From Verrucomicrobiota bacterium (GTDB lineage Bacteria; Verrucomicrobiota; Verrucomicrobiia; Opitutales; Opitutaceae), in the NCBI GenBank assembly GCA_048498875.1, contig JBEHXD010000043.1, forward strand, positions 1 through 18,239: DNA of 18,239 bases, written 5' to 3'. How positions within the stretch are numbered: the stretch's first letter is position 1; each line of letters starts with the position of its first letter. The notes under the pieces were generated by a model, which had not been told where the DNA came from, searched no databases, and saw nothing but the letters and a program-made list of their open reading frames with translations. Positions 1-7,686 of the stretch are shown piece after piece. A program made the translations under genes and the position numbers.

Positions 1-50
1 GGCCCGGAGGTCCGGCCCCACCTTCCAAAAAAGCTAATGAATATCCTGCA

Positions 51-374
51 ATGCCGATATCCCGCTCCATCGTTTGCGAAATTCACGCCCTGACCGTTGA
101 GCCGCTCGACGAACTCGGAGAAATCGCCCGCGCCTGTGCGCGTGATGTCGGCCAGCCGGTCACCCTGCGATTGCTCACTTCGTCCGATGCGGGCCCGGAG
201 CCCATCATCACGCTCCATCTGCCCGCCGAGCTCGCGGCGAGCCAGCATCCGGTGTGGTGCCTGGCCTGCCGCCTCGCGTGCTTCTGCCCGCAAACACGCG
301 TGAGTGTGCTCGTGAGCGCCGCGTCCGCTTTCGAAAAAAACTCCCCGCGCCGCCGCCAAACTCCCGCCGCCTGA
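51..374 (+). CDS. hypothetical small protein (107 aa) with a C-x2-C-x3-C-x-C cysteine cluster
   Basis: ATG-initiated ORF. It shows the same G/C preference at codon position 3 as the confident genes here. It stops 9 nt before the next co-directional ORF, which looks operon-like. I recognise no family. The overlapping antisense ORF 83..514 is treated as a high-GC shadow. Confidence 0.45.
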   Translation: MPISRSIVCEIHALTVEPLDELGEIARACARDVGQPVTLRLLTSSDAGPEPIITLHLPAELAASQHPVWCLACRLACFCPQTRVSVLVSAASAFEKNSPRRRQTPAA

Positions 375-383
375 GTCATCGCC

Positions 384-1259
384 ATGTCATTCCACTCCCG
401 CATTGCTCTTCCCGCCACCATTCCGTCAACCCGCACGGTCAAGGTCGGCCCGTGTTTTCGCACCGATGCGGAGGGACGCATCGCTCTCGATTCCGACTGG
501 TCGAAACTTTTCACCGAGGCCCGGCGCTTCGATGCCCTCGCCCTGCAGACGCGGCACGCTTACGTGCGCCTGATCCATCTCGGCCGCGTGCCGGAATTCA
601 CCTGGTCAGCCGAGGGAGCCTTCGCGAGCCAGCCCACCGGCAGTCTCCGTTTAAATCCGATCCACTGGGTGCGCGCCATCGGCCGCCTGGCCGAGTGCTC
701 CTGCTGCGGCACGCCCGGACGCATGGAAATCCTGAATCAACACGGGTTGGATTTTCTCCAGCTTTGTGCGCTGCCCGACTGCGCGCCCAATCAATGGGCG
801 GACTACCTGCTCGACGTCTCCGCGCGCCAACCCGCTCCGGAATACGGTGAAAAAATTCCCGTGGGCGCATTCCCGATGCCGCCGGAAACCAGCATCTCCG
901 TTTGCGAAGAAGCGGCCGACGAAATCCTCGCCGACCTGCTCGCCGCGCTCGCCGACGCCGCTCTGCCCTTCACCGCCCGGCTACAGACACCCGAAGTCAC
1001 CCACGTCCGCGAACTGAATCCCCAACGGATCTTCATCCACGCGGGCATCCTCACCTTGCAGGCAGGGGACTCCACGCTCCAGATCGGCTTTCCGGCCGTG
1101 CGCTCGCTGGGGTTGCACCTTTCGAAAATCCACGGCCCGCAGTTGCACGTGCTCGGCGTGGGCGACGCGCTGCTGCTCACGCTGTCCGCCCACTCCGAAG
1201 CCGCCGGCGCCGCCCGCTGGCTCGCCGCGCTGCGCGCCACCTTTCCCCAGCATGTTTGA
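384..1259 (+). CDS. hypothetical protein (291 aa); possibly a two-lobed HemS/ChuS/ChuX-like heme-utilisation fold (weak)
   Basis: Long ORF with coding-like codon bias. The pattern of hydrophobic beta-like segments (e.g. LRLNPIHWVRAIG...GRMEILNQHGLDFLQLCA, and IFIHAGILTLQAGDSTLQIGF...LHLSKIHGPQLHVLG) loosely resembles HemS/ChuS repeats. It contains ECSCCG and C-x5-C motifs. The functional call is by-eye similarity only. Confidence 0.7.
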   Translation: MSFHSRIALPATIPSTRTVKVGPCFRTDAEGRIALDSDWSKLFTEARRFDALALQTRHAYVRLIHLGRVPEFTWSAEGAFASQPTGSLRLNPIHWVRAIGRLAECSCCGTPGRMEILNQHGLDFLQLCALPDCAPNQWADYLLDVSARQPAPEYGEKIPVGAFPMPPETSISVCEEAADEILADLLAALADAALPFTARLQTPEVTHVRELNPQRIFIHAGILTLQAGDSTLQIGFPAVRSLGLHLSKIHGPQLHVLGVGDALLLTLSAHSEAAGAARWLAALRATFPQHV

Positions 1260-1541
1260 CCTTTTTTCTTTGGCGCCCACTTCCGGCCATCGCCGGTCCA
1301 GCTGTCCCACTCGCACCTTCCTGCCTCCCGCGCAAGTTGTGGCTCGGAAAATCCACGACCACGCAGGCGTTGGTGCGGGTGGGGCTTTGGCGAAACTCTT
1401 ACTCCCTTCAAATTTCCCGTCCGTCGCCGTCTCGTTCCCTGAAGTCCCTCTCGTGCGGTTCAAATTCAGAACAGCAACAATATCGGAGGCAGACCGCAGG
1501 CCGGCGACGGACGCGATTATTTCCAGCTCTAAAATCCAATC

Positions 1542-2213
1542 ATGAAAATCCACTGCTCATTCAGGTTCATCAAATCCGCATTCGTCAGCCTTCTGCTCGG
1601 TGCTTCGCTCGCCCACGCCCATTCGGTGTGGATTGAGGACAATGCCGAAAAACAACTCGTCGTCCGTTTCGGCGATCTCGGCGGCGACGTCGAGCAATCG
1701 CCCGGTCATCTCGACAGTCTCTCTCTGCCCGTCGCATGGAAATCCGGCGACGACGGCAAACCGGTCGCCTTCGTCGTCGAAAAAAAGTCCGATCATTTTC
1801 TTTTTGTCGGCGCCACACCTACGACAACCGCCTTCGGCGAAACCGTTTTCCCGGTGATGAAACGCGGTGATCGTCCCGCGAGTTGGCCGCATTTTTATGC
1901 CCGCTGGCAGGCCGCCGGCGCAGCCGCGCCGACGAAGCCGTCGCTCACGCTCGACATCTTGCCGTCGGCCACCGCCGGCGAATTTCAGGTTTTCTTCCGC
2001 GGTCAGCCCCTCCCGAACGCCGTCATCACGGTGCACAGCCATGCGAGGGAAGATGAAATCAAAGCCGACGCCGAGGGTCGTTTCAAATTCACCGCACCGG
2101 CCGGCATTGCGCTGCTGACTTCGAATTACAAGGAGCAGGTCAAAGGTTTCGCCGGCGGCGCAGCGTACGACGTGACCAGCCACAATACCGCCCTCAGCTG
2201 GCGCCAACCCTGA
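1542..2213 (+). CDS. DUF4198-like periplasmic protein (metal-uptake associated, transthyretin/Ig-like fold family)
   Basis: It has an N-terminal signal peptide (…LLLGASLAHA). The mature N-terminus is HSVWIE, matching the H-x-x-W start typical of DUF4198 proteins. The C-terminal part has the 'FxVxFxGxPLxxAxV…DxxGxFxF' pattern of that family. It sits next to Ton genes. Confidence 0.8.
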   Translation: MKIHCSFRFIKSAFVSLLLGASLAHAHSVWIEDNAEKQLVVRFGDLGGDVEQSPGHLDSLSLPVAWKSGDDGKPVAFVVEKKSDHFLFVGATPTTTAFGETVFPVMKRGDRPASWPHFYARWQAAGAAAPTKPSLTLDILPSATAGEFQVFFRGQPLPNAVITVHSHAREDEIKADAEGRFKFTAPAGIALLTSNYKEQVKGFAGGAAYDVTSHNTALSWRQP

Positions 2214-2225
2214 GCTTATCCGATC

Positions 2226-3413
2226 ATGCAACGCTTCCCCTTCCTCCTCCGCAAAGCCGCGGCCATCGCTGTCGTCTCTGCCCTGACGGGCTGCCAAAGT
2301 TCAGCGACCAAATCCACCCACGCCGAAGCTCCCGCCGCTGTCGTTGCCTCTCCGGCCGCGAGCAAACCGGTTGCTGCCACCGAACCCGAAAAAAGTGTCT
2401 ACGTTTTCGGCTGGGGTGATTTGCCGGCGGATGTCGCGAAACCGCGCGGCGGTTCGTCACACGGAGCGCCCGTGACGCTTGCGCCGTCGCGTGCGCTGCC
2501 ACTCGCGGAAATTGCCGCGGCGCCCAACGCGTTTGAGCGCGACCGCGCCGCGATTCTCTCGCTCGCCGGTGATTACCGCGTGGATTTTCATTTCATGGAA
2601 ACGCTCGGACTCACCGCGAACTACCAGCCGCAGAAATCCTATTATTCGTGGGCCACCGAACACGTCCGCGTGATCGAAGACACCGGCCGTTTCATCAGCC
2701 TGCAACACACGCTGGTCATGTTCACCAAAAAGGACGACGGCACAATTTCCGAACCTACCGTGATGAAACACTGGCGCCAGGATTGGACGTACGAGCCCAC
2801 CGAAATGCACACATTTCGTGGCGACAACACGTGGGCTCGCCGCCGCCTCAGCCCGGCGGAGTCCGCAGGCGCATGGTCGCAAGCCGTTTTTCAAGTCGAC
2901 GATTCGCCGCGCTACGCCGCCATCGGCCGTTGGGAACATCGCGGCAATCTCACCGTGTGGAACGGCGAGCGCGAATTGCGTCCGTTGCCGCGCCGCGAAC
3001 ACACCGTGCGCAAGGACTACGGCGTGATGGAAGGCAATCATCGCATCGTGATAACGCCAACCGGCTGGTTGCATGAGCAGCTCAACTGGAAACGCGTCGC
3101 CGCCGATCCCGCCGCCGTCAGCTACGTGGGTGAGGAATGGGGACTCGACCGTTACGACCGGATCACCGCGCCAACCTTGGAGGCCGGGGACAAGTATTGG
3201 CAAAAAACCGGTTCTTATTGGGCCGCCGTCCGGAAAGCGTGGGCTGACACCTTCGCGCAAAGGGACCGCATCAAGCTGCGTCCCCAAGTCGGCGGGAAAA
3301 AGCTTTTCGAGGAACACTTTGGTTATGCGAACAAAATCGATCCCAATCAGCCCTATAATTCCACTGATGGAGAGGAACATGCGAAATCAAGCATCGCCGC
3401 TTTTATCGAGTAA
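2226..3413 (+). CDS. lipoprotein of unrecognised family (395 aa)
   Basis: ATG ORF starting 12 nt after the previous stop. It has a lipobox (VSALTGC followed by QSS) and an Ala/Pro-rich linker. A Trp/Arg-rich globular domain follows (WRQDWTYEP, GRWEH, GWLHEQLNWK). I could not place it in a known family by eye. Confidence 0.85.
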   Translation: MQRFPFLLRKAAAIAVVSALTGCQSSATKSTHAEAPAAVVASPAASKPVAATEPEKSVYVFGWGDLPADVAKPRGGSSHGAPVTLAPSRALPLAEIAAAPNAFERDRAAILSLAGDYRVDFHFMETLGLTANYQPQKSYYSWATEHVRVIEDTGRFISLQHTLVMFTKKDDGTISEPTVMKHWRQDWTYEPTEMHTFRGDNTWARRRLSPAESAGAWSQAVFQVDDSPRYAAIGRWEHRGNLTVWNGERELRPLPRREHTVRKDYGVMEGNHRIVITPTGWLHEQLNWKRVAADPAAVSYVGEEWGLDRYDRITAPTLEAGDKYWQKTGSYWAAVRKAWADTFAQRDRIKLRPQVGGKKLFEEHFGYANKIDPNQPYNSTDGEEHAKSSIAAFIE

Positions 3414-3533
3414 AAGCTGAGCTGATTCCAATAACTCCTTATTGCCAAACTCGCATTCAATCCTCAACTTCAGCTCCGTGAGATTCTGTCTCAGTCTCAT
3501 TAATTCACCGATCTAAACCACCACACAGCCTTG

Positions 3534-3561
3534 GCGCCTCTGAAAACGAGGCGCTTTTTCA
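3534..3561 (+). terminator. rho-independent terminator after the lipoprotein gene
   Basis: The stem is GCGCCTC / GAGGCGC (7 bp) with loop TGAAAAC, followed by TTTTTC. Confidence 0.6.
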
Positions 3562-3607
3562 AATCTCCTTATTGAGACTGAGTTTTAATCCCATCTTCCC
3601 GACCGCC

Positions 3608-4378
3608 ATGAGTGCCCACACCCAAGTTGCCTTTCCACCCGCCGAGTTTCCCGTCGCCCGTCCGCGTCCGTCCTCACCAAACCGCGTCCCGGCCGTCGCC
3701 ATTTTTTCGAAGGAGGAAACCGATTCCTCCCGCACCACGTCCGTCCTGACCTTGGTGGTTTGGTCGTCCTGTTTGCTGGTCGGCGTCCTGGGGTTTGCTT
3801 TGCCGTATACCCGTCCGCAAGCGCCTGCACTTCCACCTGAGCCGGTCGTCGTGGAAAAATTGGCCGTCGATTTGGTGAAAGATCCGTTGCCGCCCGCGGC
3901 TTTGCCGTCCGATCCGCTTTCCGCTCCACCACCCCCGTCTGCGTTGGTTGAGCCACAAGTTGCGCAAGCCATCGCCGTCGCCGAACCCTCAGCCGTCGCC
4001 TTTGCCATGCCCGTGGACGGTCCGACCATTAAAGTCGCCGCCAATCAAGCCGCCCACGCGCGTCCTGCAATCGCCAATAATACTGCCGTGGCAGCAGGTT
4101 CTCCCTCACCGCAAACTCTGGTCTTCGGTCAGGGTGAAGGTCGTCAACCCGCCCCTGAATATCCTGCCCGCTGCGTCAAACTCGGACAGGAAGGCGTGGT
4201 CGATATCCGCCTGACCGTGGATCACAATGGCGAGGTCACCGACACCTCTGTGGCGAGGCCGTGCGCCTGGCCGCTGCTGAACGACGCCGCCGAACGCACC
4301 GTCCGTCATCGCTGGCGTTTCGCCCGCGGCTCGACGCGCGTGTATGACGTCGCGATCCGCTTCGCGCTCGCGAAGTAA
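3608..4378 (+). CDS. tonB: energy transducer TonB
   Basis: It has an N-terminal TM anchor (SVLTLVVWSSCLLVGVLGFAL) and a Pro-rich spacer (PQAPALPPEP…PLPPAALPSDPLSAPPPPS). The C-terminal TonB domain is present (PEYPARCVKLGQEGVVDIRLTVDHNGEV…RWRFARG…IRF). I prefer the ATG at 3608 over the TTG at 3572 given in the ORF track. Confidence 0.85.
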   Translation: MSAHTQVAFPPAEFPVARPRPSSPNRVPAVAIFSKEETDSSRTTSVLTLVVWSSCLLVGVLGFALPYTRPQAPALPPEPVVVEKLAVDLVKDPLPPAALPSDPLSAPPPPSALVEPQVAQAIAVAEPSAVAFAMPVDGPTIKVAANQAAHARPAIANNTAVAAGSPSPQTLVFGQGEGRQPAPEYPARCVKLGQEGVVDIRLTVDHNGEVTDTSVARPCAWPLLNDAAERTVRHRWRFARGSTRVYDVAIRFALAK

Positions 4379-4397
4379 TTTTTCTTTTTCCTGAGAA

Positions 4398-5084
4398 ATG
4401 AAGCCAGTGCTCGCCAACGTTGTCGTCGATTTATTCTTCCGGGGCGGCCCCATCATGTGGCCGATCCTCTTCTGCCTGCTGGCCGCGCTGGTCGTGGTGG
4501 CGGAACGCGCTCTCTGGTGGTGGTCGCTTGGCCGCCGCCTTCGCCCGGAAATCGTCAACGAATCTTTCCAAGCCATCGCCAACGGCCAGTTCGAACAGGC
4601 CGTCAAGCTCACGCGTCCAAGCGACGAACCGCATCTCGCCACAATCCACGCGGGCTTGCTGCAGGCGCACACCTCGCTGCTCGGCGCGATGCAGTTGCGG
4701 GCCACCGAGGAAGTCGAACGCGCCGAAAATCGCCTGTGGCTGCTCGGCACTTTCATCACCCTCGCGCCGCTGCTGGGGCTGCTCGGTACCGTCACAGGCA
4801 TCATGCACTCGTTCAATTTCGTGGGCAGCGAGGAACTGGCTGCCACGAAAGTCAGTGGCGGCATTGCCGAGGCGCTGATCGCCACCGCCTGCGGCCTGGG
4901 TATCGCGATCTTCTGTTTGATCCCTTATAATTACCTGCATCGCCGCCACGCGCATTTCCGCTCACGGCTCGAGCGCACGATCAATCACACGGAGCTCCTC
5001 GTCGAATCCGCCCGCCACCACGGCCACGATCTCGACGAATTCGCCAAACAGCGCGCCCTCGCCGGCGTGACGGTCCAGTCCTAA
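4398..5084 (+). CDS. exbB: MotA/TolQ/ExbB proton-channel protein
   Basis: The N-terminus is typical ([22 protein letters not shown]). The conserved C-terminal TM pair is present ([17 protein letters not shown]…[17 protein letters not shown]). The gene lies between tonB and exbD. Confidence 0.9.
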   Translation: MKPVLANVVVDLFFRGGPIMWPILFCLLAALVVVAERALWWWSLGRRLRPEIVNESFQAIANGQFEQAVKLTRPSDEPHLATIHAGLLQAHTSLLGAMQLRATEEVERAENRLWLLGTFITLAPLLGLLGTVTGIMHSFNFVGSEELAATKVSGGIAEALIATACGLGIAIFCLIPYNYLHRRHAHFRSRLERTINHTELLVESARHHGHDLDEFAKQRALAGVTVQS

Positions 5085-5096
5085 GCCGCGCCCGTC

Positions 5097-5525
5097 ATGC
5101 CCGTCAAACTCGGCTCCAAGCTTCCCTCCGAGACGCCCGAGGCGCGGATTGAGATCATTCCGCTCATCGACATCATGTTCTTCCTGCTCGCCTCGTTCAT
5201 GCTCGTGAGCCTGAGCATGGTGAACCTGAAGGGCGTGAAGGTAAACCTGCCGACCGCGACTACCGCCACGGCGGAAACCAGGAAGGATTTTATCACCGTC
5301 ACCGTCGACAAAGCCGGTCTCGCCTATCTCGACGCCAAGCCAATGGGGGATCACGAACTGGTCAAGGCGCTCGCCGCGAAGCATCAGGCCGACGCCAATC
5401 TCCGCGTGTTCATCAGCGGCGATCAGGACTCCCGTCACGGCGACATGATGCGTGTGCTCGATCTCGTACGCTCCGCCGGCATCGAAAAAGTCGCCTTCGA
5501 AACCCGCGAGCCCGCCAAGTCATGA
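5097..5525 (+). CDS. exbD: biopolymer transport protein ExbD/TolR
   Basis: The family hallmark is present (IEIIPLIDIMFFLLASFML followed by …VNLP…). It is 142 aa and sits directly after exbB. Confidence 0.9.
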   Translation: MPVKLGSKLPSETPEARIEIIPLIDIMFFLLASFMLVSLSMVNLKGVKVNLPTATTATAETRKDFITVTVDKAGLAYLDAKPMGDHELVKALAAKHQADANLRVFISGDQDSRHGDMMRVLDLVRSAGIEKVAFETREPAKS

Positions 5526-6073
5526 GTCGCACGCTGACCCGACTCAACCTGGCCGGCGTCGCCGCGCTGGCCATCCTCTGCGTCTTCCAATGGCGCACGA
5601 ACCGCACGCTCAATCTCGACGTCAACGCACTGCAAAAATCCGGCCAGATCCAATCGGCCAAAATCGCCGAACAGGAAAAGAACCTGCAGGGTTTGTCCGC
5701 TGATCTGGAAAATTTCCGCGGGCAGCTCACGCGAGCCACGACTGAATTGCGCGAGACTTCGGCCAGGCTTCAAACCTGCGAACGCGACAACGCCCAGCTG
5801 TCGTCGGAACGCGACCAGTTGAAGGCCAGCATCGCGAACTGGGCCGACGCGGTGCATATCCGCGACGAACGCATCGGTGAAGCCAACCATCGTCTGCACG
5901 AACTGGGCGAACGCCTCCGCGACGGCGCCGATCGGTTCAACCAACTTGCGAAGCGCTACAACGACACCGTGAAGCAGCTGGATGAGCTAGCGGCCAAATA
6001 CAACGCCGTCGTCACCCAGTTAAACGAAGCGCGGAATCCCGACGCCGCTGCCGCCAAGCCCAAATCCTCCTAA
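5522..6073 (+). CDS. membrane-anchored coiled-coil protein (183 aa), translationally coupled to exbD
   Basis: Its start overlaps the exbD stop in an ATGA arrangement. It has one N-terminal TM helix (LNLAGVAALAILCVF). About 150 aa of heptad-like Q/E/R/L-rich sequence follow, with an internal duplicated motif (KRYNDTVKQLDELA / AKYNAVVTQLNEAR). Third-position GC is high. No family recognised. Confidence 0.75.
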   Translation: MSRTLTRLNLAGVAALAILCVFQWRTNRTLNLDVNALQKSGQIQSAKIAEQEKNLQGLSADLENFRGQLTRATTELRETSARLQTCERDNAQLSSERDQLKASIANWADAVHIRDERIGEANHRLHELGERLRDGADRFNQLAKRYNDTVKQLDELAAKYNAVVTQLNEARNPDAAAAKPKSS

Positions 6074-6134
6074 GCGAGCACAGCGCTTCCGTCACCCGGC
6101 AATACCACGAAAATGAATCGATCATCCGCGCCCT

Positions 6135-6220
6135 GTCATCCTGAACGAAATGAAGGATCCACGGCAGCGAACGTGGCATCACCCTCGCACGCGTGGATCC
6201 TTCGCGTTGCTCAGGATGAC
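6135..6220. repeat. inverted doublet of family-2 hairpin repeat (GTCATCCTGA-N8-AAGGATCCACG)
   Basis: The left unit at 6135-6163 is GTCATCCTGAACGAAATGAAGGATCCACG. The right unit at 6192-6220 is its imperfect reverse complement (CGTGGATCCTTCGCGTTGCTCAGGATGAC). The spacer is 28 nt. It lies in the coiled-coil/PepSY intergenic region. Confidence 0.7.
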
Positions 6221-6264
6221 AGAAAGTCCACCCAAGTCTGAGCCCGCGCTCCCGCTAATTTTCC

Positions 6265-7686
6265 ATGAAGCTCTTCCGCAGCATCCTGTTTTGGTCTCAT
6301 CTGGCCGCCGGCCTAATCGCCGGGATTTTCATCGGCATCATGTGCTTCACCGGCGCCGCGCTGGCTTTTCAGAGCGAAATCACCGCCTGGGCAGAGCGAG
6401 ATGCGCGTCGCGTGACTCCACCCGCCGCCGATACACCGCGCCTGCCGATCGACGATCTGATCAAGAAGGTGCGTGAGGCCCAGCCTGACACGAAACCGAG
6501 CGCCATCGTCATTTCACCCGACCCACGCGACGCCGTGGCGTTTACGCTCGGTCGCGAAGGCGGCGTGTACGTCGATCCGTACACCGGCGAAATCCGCAAA
6601 CCGGCATCGACAAAAATGAACGATCTGCTCCACACGCTCGAAGACTGGCACCGCGTGCTGGCGATGACTGGCGACAACCGTGCCACTGGCAAGTTGATCA
6701 ACGGCATTTGCAACGTTGCCTTTTGTGTCCTCGCAATCACCGGCCTGTACCTGTGGATTCCACGCGCCTGGTCGTGGCGCAGCGTTCGCGCCATCACGCT
6801 GTTCAACTGGAAATACTCAGGCAAGGCGCGAGACTTCAACTGGCATAACGTCATCGGTCTTTGGTCTGCACCGATCCTCATCGTTCTGACACTCACCGCC
6901 ATTCCCATGTCCTTCCGCTGGGGCGCGAATCTGATCTTCAAGATCGCCGGCGAACAACCACCTGCGCAGCAATCCGGTGGCCCGGGCGGTTTTGCCGCCG
7001 GTCCCGCAGTCGACGTCCCCAAGCCCGCCCCCGGCACGCGTCCGCTCGGCTACAGCGCGATGCTCACCGCCACCCAGAAGGAAATTCCCCAGTGGGAATT
7101 GATCACGATCCGCCTCAACGCCGGCCGCGGTGCGGGTGGACAAGGCCAACGGTCCGGCGGCGGGGAATCTGCCCCCAGACCTCAAGCTGACGCTCCGGCC
7201 CCATCCTCCGAACAGAAACCCAATCCTGTAGGCGGGGTGCCCTCACCCCGCGAGGCATCAACCGTGAATGCCACTCCACCTTCCCGCTCCGAAGGCGGCG
7301 AACGCCGCTCCGGCGAAAATCGCAACGGTGGTAACGGCGAAGCTCGCGGCAACGGAGAAGGCCGTCCCGCCGCCCAAGCCATCAGTGTCACGGTCAAACA
7401 GCCGGGCGCCTGGCCGCGCACCGCGACGACCACACTCTCGCTCAATCCCTACACCGGAGAGGTATTGAAGCGCGAAGGTTTCGCAGATCTTGTTACATCG
7501 CGGCAAATTCGCACGTGGACGCGTTTCCTTCACACCGGTCAGGCCCTGGGCTGGATCGGACAATTAATTGCCGGGCTGGCTTGCGTTGGTGGCTGTTTCC
7601 TAGTCTACACCGGGTTCGCGCTGTCGTGGCGGCGTTTCTTTGGAAAGAAGCCCAAACCGGCGGCCTCCACCGCCCATGCAACCTGA
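6265..7686 (+). CDS. PepSY-associated TM helix protein (PiuB/FoxB-like iron-regulated membrane protein)
   Basis: The N-terminus (LFWSHLAAGLIAGIFIGIMCFTGAALAFQSEI) is characteristic of the family, as are the later TM segments (…WHRVLAM…, NWHNVIGLWSAPILIVLTLTAIPMSF, RFLHTGQALGWIGQLIAGLACVGG). It carries a long G/R/N/E/P low-complexity insert. Confidence 0.85.
   Translation: MKLFRSILFWSHLAAGLIAGIFIGIMCFTGAALAFQSEITAWAERDARRVTPPAADTPRLPIDDLIKKVREAQPDTKPSAIVISPDPRDAVAFTLGREGGVYVDPYTGEIRKPASTKMNDLLHTLEDWHRVLAMTGDNRATGKLINGICNVAFCVLAITGLYLWIPRAWSWRSVRAITLFNWKYSGKARDFNWHNVIGLWSAPILIVLTLTAIPMSFRWGANLIFKIAGEQPPAQQSGGPGGFAAGPAVDVPKPAPGTRPLGYSAMLTATQKEIPQWELITIRLNAGRGAGGQGQRSGGGESAPRPQADAPAPSSEQKPNPVGGVPSPREASTVNATPPSRSEGGERRSGENRNGGNGEARGNGEGRPAAQAISVTVKQPGAWPRTATTTLSLNPYTGEVLKREGFADLVTSRQIRTWTRFLHTGQALGWIGQLIAGLACVGGCFLVYTGFALSWRRFFGKKPKPAASTAHAT

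Noticed and set aside
1124-1553. Recurring AT-rich 8- to 11-mers, (G)AAAATCCA(CG), at 1124, 1347, 1531 and 1544, considered as a possible operator motif upstream of the DUF4198-like gene.
   Set aside because: Two copies are inside coding sequence, where they spell Lys-Ile-His. There is no palindromic or regularly spaced arrangement. I could not recognise a Fur or Zur box-like pattern here or elsewhere in the window.
4387-4405. TTCCTGAGAAATGAAGCC at the exbB start resembles the first half of the family-2 repeat (ATCCTGAACGAAATGAAGGATCC). ATCCTGAG also occurs at 10027-10034 beside a REP unit.
   Set aside because: There is no complementary arm or hairpin at these sites and the matches are short. 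They are likely chance or highly decayed remnants.
6150-6476. A 108-aa ORF starting in the coiled-coil/PepSY spacer.
   Set aside because: Its N-terminal part is simply the translation of the family-2 inverted repeat doublet. The remainder is an alternative frame of the confidently identified PepSY-TM gene.
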